This document shows, in pieces, positions 36,964 to 46,240 of a DNA stretch of 64,000 nucleotides (within the stretch, counting starts at the first letter, position 1; each line of letters begins with the position of its first letter). The notes below the pieces were generated by a model. The model was not told the DNA's origin, did no database searches, and saw only the letters and a program-made list of their open reading frames with translations. This stretch comes from an uncultured Chloroflexia bacterium (GTDB lineage: Bacteria > Chloroflexota > Limnocylindria > Limnocylindrales > CSP1-4), in the NCBI GenBank assembly GCA_963707215.1, contig CAVPPB010000003.1, positions 1,568,001 to 1,632,000 of the forward strand, read 5' to 3'. The position numbers and the translations under genes are program-made.

Positions 36964-38532
36964 CTAGAGCAGCTCGTCGTCGGCGGTCGCGGTCGGCCCG
37001 CCCTCCGCCGGCCGGGGTTCCTCGCCCGGGCCGTATCCCTGGGACGGTCGGTCGGTCGAGGTTCCGCCGTTTCCCTCACGGAGGACCGGCAGCGGCGAGC
37101 CGGCCCTGCCCTCGATGGCCCCGACCCCGTAGGGCACCCACTTCGACGGGTCCTGGAGGCGGTGCTGCTCGACGTTGCCGCGGCTGTGGGTCTCGAGGAA
37201 GCCGGCCGGCTCGATCCACATCCGCTTGCCGTCCAGCAGACCGGTGATGCCCTCCTGGCCGGGCTCCGGACGCGGGTTCTGACACCACTCGCAGGCCGAG
37301 GAGTCGTGCGGCGTGTAGGCGGCTGGCTCCTCGTAGGTCGTGATGTAGCCCTCGTAGTTGCGAAGGACGACCTTGTGGTCCGAGTAGCTGACCAGGTAGT
37401 TCGGCATGACCGGGATCTTCCCGCCGCCACCCGGGGCGTCGACGATGTACTGCGGCACCGCGTAGCCGGAGGTGTGGCCGCGGAGGCCCTCGATGATCTC
37501 GAGGCCCTTGCCGACCGGGGTCCGGAAGTGGCCGGCGCCCTCGACAAGGTCGCACTGGTAGAGGTAGTAGGGCCGGACCCGGAACTCGACCAGCCGCTGG
37601 ACCAGGTCGCGCTGGATGTGGACGCAGTCGTTGACCCCGGCCAGGAGGACCGACTGGTTGCCCAGCGGGACACCGGCCTTGGCGAGCTTGTCGCAGGCGC
37701 GGGCCAGCTCCGGCGTCATCTCCTGGGGATGGTTGACGTGGATGTTCAACCAGAGCGGGTGGTACCTCTCGAGCATCTCGCAGAGCTCGTCGTCGATCCG
37801 CTGGGGCATGAACACAGGGACCCGGGAGCCGATCCGGATGATCTCGACGTGAGGGATCTCGCGGAGGCCGCGGAGCGCCGACTCGAGGAGCTTCGGCGCC
37901 AGCGTCAGGCCGTCGCCACCTGAGATGAGGACGTCACGGATCTGCGGGGTCCGCCGGATGTAGTCCAGCTGGGCCTCGAGCTCGCGGCGGTTGAAGTTCT
38001 GCTTGGGGTCGCCGACGATCCGGCTCCGGGTGCAGTAGCGGCAGTAGCTGGCGCACTGCGTCGTGATCAGCAGGAGGACCCGGTCCGGATAGCGATGGAC
38101 CAGGCCGGGGACCGGGCTGTGGCGGTCCTCGGCGAGCGAGTCCTCCATCATCCCGGTGAAGGCCCGTAGCTCCGAGCCGACCGGGATCACCTGGCGACGG
38201 ATCGGGTCGTTCGGGTCGTCGGGGTCGATGAGGCTGACGAAGTACGGCGTGATGTCGACCCGGAACTTGTCCGGTGCGGACAGGCCCTCGCGCTCGTCGT
38301 CGGTCAGGTTGAGGACCTGCTCGAGCTCCTCGAGCGAGTTGAGCCGATTCGACAGCTGCCAGCGCCAGTCGTTCCACTTCTCGTCGGGCACCTCCTCGAA
38401 GATCCGGGCACGCCGGCTCACCGCCGGCAGGCCATCCGGCCCGAGCTGGCGGGCCGGGTCGCGGCGGTTCACGAACGGGGTCGACTCGATGGCCGTCCCG
38501 CCGCTCGTCTCCCGGGTCTCGTTGACGTCCAC
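36964..38532 (-). CDS. kamA: Lysine 2,3-aminomutase (KamA-family radical SAM)
   Basis: W.DWRWQ, DPIRRQ, LVHRYPDRVL, CASYCRYCTR, NQSVLL.GVND, PYYLYQCD, DAPGGGGK; GTG with AGGAGG SD. Confidence 0.92.
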   Translation of the reverse strand: MDVNETRETSGGTAIESTPFVNRRDPARQLGPDGLPAVSRRARIFEEVPDEKWNDWRWQLSNRLNSLEELEQVLNLTDDEREGLSAPDKFRVDITPYFVSLIDPDDPNDPIRRQVIPVGSELRAFTGMMEDSLAEDRHSPVPGLVHRYPDRVLLLITTQCASYCRYCTRSRIVGDPKQNFNRRELEAQLDYIRRTPQIRDVLISGGDGLTLAPKLLESALRGLREIPHVEIIRIGSRVPVFMPQRIDDELCEMLERYHPLWLNIHVNHPQEMTPELARACDKLAKAGVPLGNQSVLLAGVNDCVHIQRDLVQRLVEFRVRPYYLYQCDLVEGAGHFRTPVGKGLEIIEGLRGHTSGYAVPQYIVDAPGGGGKIPVMPNYLVSYSDHKVVLRNYEGYITTYEEPAAYTPHDSSACEWCQNPRPEPGQEGITGLLDGKRMWIEPAGFLETHSRGNVEQHRLQDPSKWVPYGVGAIEGRAGSPLPVLREGNGGTSTDRPSQGYGPGEEPRPAEGGPTATADDELL

Positions 38533-38575
38533 GCTGGCGCCTCCTGGCGGCGCCGCCGGTCGCGGGACCGGCAAC

Positions 38576-38590
38576 GCATAAAGTCTATGC
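38576..38590. promoter_or_regulatory. Palindromic putative operator upstream of kamA
   Basis: GCATA-AAGTC-TATGC in an AT-rich patch containing minus-strand TANNNT boxes (38582-38587, 38608-38613). Confidence 0.45.
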
Positions 38591-38748
38591 AGTGTGAATG
38601 GAGCACGATGATACCGGCAGGAGGACTCCCGGGTCCAGCCCGGGTCGTGATCCGCCCTCGCGCGGGGCCCTGCGCCTGGCGCCGGGGCCTGGACGACTGC
38701 GACCCGGCCTCGTGGGCCGGGTCCGGGAAACGGCGAGGTGGCCCCGGC

Positions 38749-39081
38749 TCAGTCCCGGACGACGGCCCAGATGAACGACATGAAGGCGAAGAAGCCCGTG
38801 AAGAGGGCGATCAGGCCGATCGCCCCGTAGGGCGAGTTGGCGCCGGTCCGGGGCACGATCGCGAGGATCGCCCCGAAGGTCACGGCCCAGGCGACGACGA
38901 TCGCGAATGTCGCGTAGCGGGCGTTGATCGAGGTGATCATGCGGACCCAGCGGGGCTGGCGCCCCTCGGTCGAGAGGGCGGCCGCGAGGGCCGGGATGAT
39001 GATGATCGCCCCGAGACCGATCGCCAGGGTGAAGATCACGAAGGTGAGCGGGCTCGCGAAGGGGGCCAGGAGCAGCTGCAC
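38749..39081 (-). CDS. Hypothetical three-TM membrane protein
   Basis: Hydrophobic GC3-rich ORF; GTG with GAGG SD. Confidence 0.7.
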   Translation of the reverse strand: MQLLLAPFASPLTFVIFTLAIGLGAIIIIPALAAALSTEGRQPRWVRMITSINARYATFAIVVAWAVTFGAILAIVPRTGANSPYGAIGLIALFTGFFAFMSFIWAVVRD

Positions 39082-39133
39082 GGTCGTCCTCGATGTGCTG
39101 GACCGGAGGCGCGGCGATGGTAGCAGACGGCCG

Positions 39134-40795
39134 CTAGGCCTCGCGGGCCGCCACGACCGAGATGCGGGCGAGGCCGGTGGCACCTGACGGCAGGGGCGGA
39201 CGGACGACGGGGTCCTGGACGTTGCCCGCCAGGTCAGTCGCCCGGGCGACCACGACCCGGCGCCCCGGATCCGGGATCGTGACGGTCGCTCGCCAGCGCC
39301 GCCAGGTCTGCTCGTTCGTGTCGGCGGTCGAGGGCTCGAGCTCCGCTTCGGCCCAGCTGGCCCCCTCGTCGAGGCTGATCTCGACGCGCCCGATGCCGCG
39401 GTCGCCGGACGACGCGACGCCGAAGACCTCGAACGGCTGGCCGGCGGGCACGACGTCGGCATCGCGGGGGTCGTCGATCCTCGACCAGACCCGCACCGCC
39501 GCCGTGTCGTCCCAGCCTCGCTTCACCCAGTAGCCGGGCTCGTCCGTCTCGGACAGCTCGATGCCGACGAGGTGCTTGGGCTGCTTCATGCCATAGCGGC
39601 CGGCGATGAGGACCCGCAGCGGGTAGCCGTGCTCCGGGGTCAGGGCCGTCCCCGGCTCACCCATCTCGTCGACCAGCCAGGTCCACTCGTCGCGGGCCAC
39701 GGCGATGGGCAGCGATTCGGTGAAGCCGTCGGCCGCGCGCCAGAGGACCCAGCGAGCCTCGGGCCGGACCCCGACCTGATCGAGCAGGTCGGCCAGTCGC
39801 AGGCCAGCCCAGCGCTGGTTGCCGATCAGGCCGCCCCAGGTGACGACCTCGTTGCTGATGCACTGCATCGCCCGGTGGCCCTCGACCCGGGGGAAGGCCC
39901 GCAGCTCGTCCAGGCCGACCGACGTCGGTCGCTCGACGAGGCCTCCGACCTCGAGGCGCCAGGACGCCTCGTCGATGGTCGGCGGCACCAGGTCCTTGCC
40001 GACCGTGTAGAACTCCCCGATCGGGGTCGTCCTGGGTGTGGGCCCGTAACCCTCGATCGACGGACGGAGGGTCCGACCTCCTGCCGGCCGGAGGGCCGCC
40101 CCGGAGACGCGGCCGATGACGGCGATCCCGGCGCCGATCACGGAGACCGCTCCCAGCCCAAGGACCCCCCGCCGCAGCACCTCGCGCCGGCCGAGCCCGC
40201 CGCCAGCCAGAGACGCGGGTGCCGGCTCCCCCGACACGCCGTCCATCGCAGGAGCGGTCGTCAGCGGCTCCTCCGCCTGCGTCCGGCGCAGCAGGACGAC
40301 CACGACGCCGTAGGCGATCGCCGCCGCCACGAGGGGTCCATGCAGGGCGAGCGGGTCGCCGCGCCAGCCCGAACCCAGCACGCCGACGCCTGCGAGGGGC
40401 AGGACGAGCAGCTCGGCCGCGACGAGGGCGACGACGGCCAGCATCGCGGCGGCTCCCGGGCCCGGGCGATCGTCAAGGGCCCGGCCGAAGAGCACGGCCA
40501 GGAGGGCCCCTGCCAGCGGGAGCGCCAGGGCGACGGCGGCGAAGACGAGCCCCTTGGCCAGCGGGCCGAGCGCCGCCAGGACGGCATCGAAGACCGGCAC
40601 GGGGACGTAGAGGGTGACGCCGTTGGCGACCGCCTCGACGAAGCCGCCCTGGCCGAACAGGGTCGAGCCGAGCAGCAGCGTCGCCAGCGCGACCGCACCG
40701 GCCAGCGCCCCGTCTCGGGCAAGGGCATGGCGGGTCGCTGGGGGGCTGGGGGTCGCGGGCATGGGAGGGAGGGTCGTCGACATGTCCTGGGACAT
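39134..40795 (-). CDS. Sulfite oxidase-family molybdopterin oxidoreductase with N-terminal membrane domain
   Basis: TP...FY, W.L.V.GLV, CISN (Mo-ligand Cys), W.G..L..LL, HGYPLR..I.GRYGMK..K, GYW..RGW, Ig-like dimerisation domain. Confidence 0.88.
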   Translation of the reverse strand: MSQDMSTTLPPMPATPSPPATRHALARDGALAGAVALATLLLGSTLFGQGGFVEAVANGVTLYVPVPVFDAVLAALGPLAKGLVFAAVALALPLAGALLAVLFGRALDDRPGPGAAAMLAVVALVAAELLVLPLAGVGVLGSGWRGDPLALHGPLVAAAIAYGVVVVLLRRTQAEEPLTTAPAMDGVSGEPAPASLAGGGLGRREVLRRGVLGLGAVSVIGAGIAVIGRVSGAALRPAGGRTLRPSIEGYGPTPRTTPIGEFYTVGKDLVPPTIDEASWRLEVGGLVERPTSVGLDELRAFPRVEGHRAMQCISNEVVTWGGLIGNQRWAGLRLADLLDQVGVRPEARWVLWRAADGFTESLPIAVARDEWTWLVDEMGEPGTALTPEHGYPLRVLIAGRYGMKQPKHLVGIELSETDEPGYWVKRGWDDTAAVRVWSRIDDPRDADVVPAGQPFEVFGVASSGDRGIGRVEISLDEGASWAEAELEPSTADTNEQTWRRWRATVTIPDPGRRVVVARATDLAGNVQDPVVRPPLPSGATGLARISVVAAREA

Positions 40796-40886
40796 CCTTC
40801 GGGACGGACGGGACGGCCGGATGACGCCCCCGGCGCTACGATCGACCCTCTCCATCCGGCACTCGGCCGGACCCGAACCCGAGGCG

Positions 40887-43181
40887 ATGACCATCTTCGA
40901 GTGGCTGGGCCGCTTCGTCCACCGGCGGCGCTGGTGGGTGATCGGGGCCTGGGCCGTCCTGCTTCTGCTCGCGCTGCCCCTCGCTCCGCAGGCACCCGGT
41001 GCCCTGCGGGCGGGCGGCTTCACCAGCGAGGACCTGGAGTCGGCGCGGGCACGCTCGCTTCTTGAGGACGAGCTTGGTCTGCCGCCGTCGGCGGTCGTCG
41101 TCGTCATCGACAGCGAGACGATGCGGGCCGGGACGCCGGAGTTCGAGACGGCGGCCGCGGCGGCGGTCCGCGACGTCGCCACGGCCCCGCACGTGACCGG
41201 CCTGGTCTCGCACCTCGTGGCGCCGCGCCAGGTGTCGACGGACGGGCGGACCGTCTATGACGTCGTCCTCCTCGACCTCGAGCCCGACGTGTCCCCGGAG
41301 GCGCTGCCCGGCATCGAGGAGCGGATCCGCCCGCAGGCGGGCATCGATGTCTCGCTGGCGGGCGGACCTGCCTTCTACGGCGACATCCAGACGGTCTCGG
41401 AGGCGGACCTCCGACGTAGCGAGCTGGTCTCGCTGCCGCTCGCGGCGGTCGCGCTCGTGCTCGTCTTCGCCTCGGTCGTGGCAGCCGGGGTGCCATTGGT
41501 GGTCGGCGGCGCGGCGGTCCTCGTCGCCCTCGCGGCCATCTTCGTGCTCGCCAGCCTCACCCCGATGAGCGTCTTCGTCCTCAACCTCGCCACGCTCCTG
41601 GGCCTGGGCCTGGGCGTCGACTACTCCCTGCTGATGACGAGTCGCTTCCGCGAGGAGCTGGCGCACCGACCCGGCGGCCGGGCGCGTGGACCCGAGCGCG
41701 ACGCCGCGATCGAGGCAGCGGTCCGCATCTCGGTGGCGACCGCCGGCCGGGCCGTCTTCTTCAGCGGCCTGACCGTGCTCCTGGGCCTGCTCGGCCTCGT
41801 TCTCTTCGAGTTCATGGTCCTGCGCTCGGTCGGCATCGCCGGGGCGATCGTCGTGGGGCTCGCCGTGCTGGCGGCCCTCACCCTGCTCCCGGCAGTCCTG
41901 TCGGTCCTGGGCCCGCGGGTCGATGCCCTGACGATCCGGCGACTCCGGCCGACCCCCAATTCAGCCGGTCGCTGGGCCCGCCTGGCCCGCTGGGTCATGG
42001 CCCGGCCGGTCGCCGTGTTCGTCCCGACGCTCGCCTTCCTCCTGCTCCTGGGCCTGCCCTTCCTGTCGGTCCGCTTCAACGCCCCCGACGCGTCGATCCT
42101 GCCGCCATCGGTACCCTCGCGGGCTGCCTTCGACCGTCTCGTGGAGCAGTTCGGCGAGGGCGCCTTCGCCCCGCTCCAGCTGGCGGTCCGGACGACCGGG
42201 CCGGCTACCGACCCCGCCAACCTCGAGTCGCTCTACGACTACTCGCGACGCCTGGCGGCCGATCCCAGGGTCGCCCGGGTCGAAGGCATCGTCGACATCG
42301 ATCCGCGGCTGGAGCTCGAGCAGTACCAGCTCCTGTACGGGGCGCCGGAGGGTCCGCCTGATCGCTTCGTCCAGGCCGCCGTGGGATCGACGACGAAGGG
42401 CGACCTCACGGTCTTCACGCTGACGACGCCGTACGGGCCGAACCGCGACGAGGCCCGCGAGCTGGTCCGGGACCTCCGCTCATCCGATGGACCACTGGCA
42501 CCGCCGGCCGGCACGACGGTCCTGGTCGCCGGAGGCGCTGCCGACGTGGCCGACGTCGTCGGGCGGATCGGGGCCGACTTCCCGCGGACGGCCCTCTTCA
42601 TCCTCGTCGCCACCTACGCGGTCCTGTTCGTCCTCCTTCGCTCGGTCATCCTGCCGCTCAAGGCGATCCTGATGAACACGCTGTCCATCGTGGCCGCCTT
42701 CGGGGCCCTGGTCTGGATCTTCCAGGAGGGCAACCTCTCGGCCATCCTCGGCTTCCAGCCGCTGGGCTTCGTGGAGACGACCCTGCCGGTCATCCTCTTC
42801 TGCGTCCTCTTCGGGCTCTCGATGGACTACGAGGTCTTCCTGCTGTCCCGGATGAAGGAAGCCTGGGACCAGACCGGCGACAACCGCGAGGCGGTCGCCC
42901 GGGGCCTGGAGCGCAGCGGCAGGATCGTCACCTCGGCCGCCCTGATCGTGGTCGTCGTCGCCGGGTCGTTCGCCTTCGCCGACATCGTCCTCATCAAGGC
43001 CCTCGGGCTCGGCGTCGCCATCTCGGTGGCCCTCGACGCGACGGTGGTCCGGGCGCTCCTGGTCCCGGCCACGATGCGGCTGCTGGGGCGCTGGAACTGG
43101 TGGCTGCCCGAGCGTCTGGAGCGGCTCGTCTCGACCCGCCTGCCGCGCTCGGAGGCCGAGGTGGAGGCGGCCTTCCGATGA
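40887..43181 (+). CDS. MMPL-family RND transporter
   Basis: GLGVDYSL...RFREE, TAGRAV.FSG, FGLSMDYEVFLLSR, DATVVR.LLVPA.M.LLG.WNWW. Confidence 0.93.
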   Translation: MTIFEWLGRFVHRRRWWVIGAWAVLLLLALPLAPQAPGALRAGGFTSEDLESARARSLLEDELGLPPSAVVVVIDSETMRAGTPEFETAAAAAVRDVATAPHVTGLVSHLVAPRQVSTDGRTVYDVVLLDLEPDVSPEALPGIEERIRPQAGIDVSLAGGPAFYGDIQTVSEADLRRSELVSLPLAAVALVLVFASVVAAGVPLVVGGAAVLVALAAIFVLASLTPMSVFVLNLATLLGLGLGVDYSLLMTSRFREELAHRPGGRARGPERDAAIEAAVRISVATAGRAVFFSGLTVLLGLLGLVLFEFMVLRSVGIAGAIVVGLAVLAALTLLPAVLSVLGPRVDALTIRRLRPTPNSAGRWARLARWVMARPVAVFVPTLAFLLLLGLPFLSVRFNAPDASILPPSVPSRAAFDRLVEQFGEGAFAPLQLAVRTTGPATDPANLESLYDYSRRLAADPRVARVEGIVDIDPRLELEQYQLLYGAPEGPPDRFVQAAVGSTTKGDLTVFTLTTPYGPNRDEARELVRDLRSSDGPLAPPAGTTVLVAGGAADVADVVGRIGADFPRTALFILVATYAVLFVLLRSVILPLKAILMNTLSIVAAFGALVWIFQEGNLSAILGFQPLGFVETTLPVILFCVLFGLSMDYEVFLLSRMKEAWDQTGDNREAVARGLERSGRIVTSAALIVVVVAGSFAFADIVLIKALGLGVAISVALDATVVRALLVPATMRLLGRWNWWLPERLERLVSTRLPRSEAEVEAAFR

Positions 43182-44404
43182 GCCGACGCCCGGCCGCCGT
43201 CGCCTGCCTCGCCACCCGCCTCGGCCGCGGGGCCGCCCTCATCGCCCTGGCCGCGGTCCTGGCTGCCTGCGCCGGGGGGCCGATCCTTGCTGTTCCGCCG
43301 GCCCCGCGGCCGTCGATCACCCCCGAGACCCCGCCGGCGATCCCGTTGAGCGACCCGCAGCCCGTGGTGCTGCCGCGCGACGACGGCCCGCACAGCCGGC
43401 TGACGGAGTGGTGGTACTACACCGGCCATCTCCAGGACGAGGCCGGCGCCTGGTACGGCTTCGAGTACGTCATCTTCCGGGCCGAGCGCGGCGACTTCCC
43501 CGTGTCCTGGGCGTCGCATCTGGCCGTCACCGATGTCGAGGGCGACACGTTCCGCTACGCCGAGCGGGCCGAGATCGGGGCCCAGGTGGATCGCTCGCCG
43601 CGGAGCCCGGACGGCAGGCCCACCGGCTTCGATCTCGCCCTGAGCGGGGCCGACCCGACCCGACCCGAGACGTTCGGGCTGCCGGCCTGGACGATGACCG
43701 GGAGCGGCGGGAACGACCGCCTCGCCGCCTCCCTCGGGCCGGACGAGGCCGCCGGGCGGGGCTCACCGGGCGGGATGGGCCTGGACCTCCGGCTGGAGAC
43801 GACCAAGCCGCCGGCCCTCCACGACACCGACGGCTGGATCGACTTCGGCCCGGCGGGGGGCTCGTACTACTACTCGCGCACCTCGATGGCGGCCGAGGGG
43901 ACATTGACGCTCGACGGACGAACGCGGCAGGTGACCGGGGTCGCCTGGTTCGACCACCAGTGGGGCGACTTCATCGCCGTCGGCGGCGGAGGCTGGGACT
44001 GGTTCGCGGCGAACCTCGACGACGGCACCGAGCTGACCGTCTCGCTCGTCAGGGACCGCGATGGCTCCTACCCGCTCAGCTACGGGACGCTCGTGGACGC
44101 TGAGGGCGGGACCCGCCACCTGCCCGCCGATGCCATCTCGGTGCAGCCGCTGGGCAGCTGGACGAGCGAGCGCAGCGGGGCCACCTACCCATCCGGATGG
44201 CACGTCGCGGTCCCCTCCGAGGAGCTGGACCTCGTCCTCGAGCCGGTGGTCCTCGACCAGGAGCTCGACACCCGGGCGACGACCGGTGTCGTCTACTGGG
44301 AGGGCGCCCAGGTCGTGTCCGGGACGCGGGCCGGGGAGCCGATCGCCGGTCGCGCCTACGTCGAGCTGACCGGCTACGCCCCCGCCGAGCCGGCTGCCCG
44401 CTGA
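43178..44404 (+). CDS. AttH/CrtC-like lipocalin-fold lipoprotein
   Basis: Lipobox LAAC, H...EWWYYTG, SYYYS, W.DHQWG, GWDWF, YP.GW, YWEG, YVELTGY. Confidence 0.88.
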   Translation: MSRRPAAVACLATRLGRGAALIALAAVLAACAGGPILAVPPAPRPSITPETPPAIPLSDPQPVVLPRDDGPHSRLTEWWYYTGHLQDEAGAWYGFEYVIFRAERGDFPVSWASHLAVTDVEGDTFRYAERAEIGAQVDRSPRSPDGRPTGFDLALSGADPTRPETFGLPAWTMTGSGGNDRLAASLGPDEAAGRGSPGGMGLDLRLETTKPPALHDTDGWIDFGPAGGSYYYSRTSMAAEGTLTLDGRTRQVTGVAWFDHQWGDFIAVGGGGWDWFAANLDDGTELTVSLVRDRDGSYPLSYGTLVDAEGGTRHLPADAISVQPLGSWTSERSGATYPSGWHVAVPSEELDLVLEPVVLDQELDTRATTGVVYWEGAQVVSGTRAGEPIAGRAYVELTGYAPAEPAAR

Positions 44405-44470
44405 GCGAGCCCTCCGGGGCCGCCGAGTCTTGGCGAGCCGGCCGCGTCCGCGAGCGCGACCGGGCATTCA

Positions 44471-44487
44471 CGCACCTCGCAGGTACG
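44471..44487. promoter_or_regulatory. Imperfect palindrome, possible autoregulatory site of the second Rrf2
   Basis: CGCACCT-CGC-AGGTACG directly before a CATACT -10 box and a leaderless ATG. Confidence 0.35.
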
Positions 44488-44502
44488 CCATACTCAGGCA
44501 CC

Positions 44503-44955
44503 ATGCGACTCGAGCTGACCCGCCGGGCCGACTACGCCGTCCGGGCGATGCTGGCCCTGTCCGTCCCCGACGGCCCGCGGCCCCAGAGCGTCCGGCGGAT
44601 CGCCGAGCGGATGGGGATCCCGCCTCGCTTCCTGCCGCAGGTCATGCACGACCTGTCAGCGGCCGATCTGGTCGAGGCCTTCGCCGGCCGACATGGTGGC
44701 TACCGGCTCCGCCGGCCGGCCGGGGAGATCTCGCTGCTCGACGTGATCGAGGCCGTCGAGGGCGACACCCGCCGCCAATCGTGCGTGCTGCGTGGCGGCC
44801 CGTGCGGGGTCGAGGGCTTCTGCGCGGTCCACGACGTGTTCGCCGGGGCCCAGGACGACGTCCTCGCCCGACTCGAGCAGGCACGCCTGGCCGACGTCGC
44901 GGACGTCTTCGAGCGCTTCGGGCGGGACGCCATCGACCGAGTGCCCGGCCGCTGA
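44503..44955 (+). CDS. Rrf2-family transcriptional regulator (Fe-S type)
   Basis: T..ADYAVRA, G..GGYRL, DVIEAVEG, C-x5-C-x5-C-x2-H. Confidence 0.92.
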   Translation: MRLELTRRADYAVRAMLALSVPDGPRPQSVRRIAERMGIPPRFLPQVMHDLSAADLVEAFAGRHGGYRLRRPAGEISLLDVIEAVEGDTRRQSCVLRGGPCGVEGFCAVHDVFAGAQDDVLARLEQARLADVADVFERFGRDAIDRVPGR

Positions 44956-45094
44956 CGCGATCGGAGCGCCGGATGGCGGCCGACCGTCGTCCGGATGGCC
45001 CCACCAGCCGTGACGTCCGACCCAGCGGGTCCCGGCCGCTTCTCGGGTAGCATCGTGCCGCGCCGATCCGGCTACGGTCGGCCCGGAGGTCCCC

Positions 45095-45778
45095 ATGCAG
45101 CACGCAGCACCCGACGCCGCCGTCGAGCGCCGCTGGGCCGTCGTCGGCCTGGTGGGCGTCGGCTTGGTATTCGTGGCGCTCGTCGCGCTCATCGCCTGGG
45201 TGGCCCTGGAGCGGGCCTCCGGCTCGGCGGACGTCGCCGGCGGCGCCGACGGTGACGAGATCGCCGGTGGCCCTTCGCCCTTCGCCTACCCCACGATCGA
45301 GCCGGCCCCGCCCCTCGACCTCGTCGACCACACGGGGCAGCCATTCGACCTGAGCGGCCTGCAGGGCCACCCGGTCCTCGTCTTCTTCGGCTACACGCAC
45401 TGCCCCGACGTCTGCCCGACCACGATCGGCACGGTCAACCGCGTCCTCGGCGACGTCGGCGATGGCCCGCGGGTCCTGTTCGTCTCGATCGACCCCGAGC
45501 GCGACACGCCCGAGGCGATGGCGGAGTACGTCCGGTTCCTGCCCGAGGGCTACATCGGCCTGAGCGGCGACGACATCCAGGTCCGGGCCGCGGCCGACGG
45601 CTACCGGGTCAGCTACGCCAAGGTGGAGACGGGTTCGGCATCCGGCTACGCCATGGCCCACACGGCCGAGCTCTACCTCATCGACCCGGAGGGCCGGCTG
45701 CGCTACCACTACCCGTTCGGGACCGACGAGGAGGTCGTCGCCGCGGACGTGGCCGCCCTCCTCGCGGAGCGCTCATGA
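45095..45778 (+). CDS. SCO1/SenC copper chaperone
   Basis: TM anchor, FFGYTHCPDVCP, SIDPERDT, conserved His (AHT). Confidence 0.92.
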   Translation: MQHAAPDAAVERRWAVVGLVGVGLVFVALVALIAWVALERASGSADVAGGADGDEIAGGPSPFAYPTIEPAPPLDLVDHTGQPFDLSGLQGHPVLVFFGYTHCPDVCPTTIGTVNRVLGDVGDGPRVLFVSIDPERDTPEAMAEYVRFLPEGYIGLSGDDIQVRAAADGYRVSYAKVETGSASGYAMAHTAELYLIDPEGRLRYHYPFGTDEEVVAADVAALLAERS

Positions 45779-45789
45779 AGGGAGCACCG

Positions 45790-46233
45790 ATGTCTCGTCT
45801 CGCGACGCTCGCGCTGGCGATCATCAGCGTCATCGCCATGGTCGGCCTGGCCGGCTGCGGATCGGCTGGCTCGATCAAGGTGTCCGACGCCTGGGCCCGT
45901 CCCTCGATGGGCATGGACCGGGCCGGGGCTGCCTACATGGTCGTCGAGAACACCGGCGAAGAGGGCGACGTGCTGCTCGGCGCCGCCAGCCCGGCGGCGG
46001 CCACGGTCGAGGTCCACGAGACCATCGAAGGCGGCGACGGCACGATGTCGATGCAGCCGATCGGGTCGCTGGACATCGCGGCCGGGGAGACGGTCCGCCT
46101 GGAGCCAGGCGGCTACCACATCATGCTGATCGAGCTGACCGGCGAGCTGGTCGTCGGCGACACGATCGAGATCACCCTGACCTTCGAGACCGCCGGCGAG
46201 GTCAAGGTCAGCGCCGAGGTCAGGGAGGGCTGA
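45790..46233 (+). CDS. PCu(A)C copper chaperone lipoprotein
   Basis: Lipobox LAGC, DAWAR, AAYM, VHET..M.M, PGGYHIML. Confidence 0.92.
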   Translation: MSRLATLALAIISVIAMVGLAGCGSAGSIKVSDAWARPSMGMDRAGAAYMVVENTGEEGDVLLGAASPAAATVEVHETIEGGDGTMSMQPIGSLDIAAGETVRLEPGGYHIMLIELTGELVVGDTIEITLTFETAGEVKVSAEVREG

Positions 46234-46240
46234 CCCGCCG

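Noticed and set aside
38701-38723. 10-bp GC hairpin downstream of the small membrane gene
   Set aside because: Possibly a terminator, but it has no U-tract and such hairpins are frequent at this GC content
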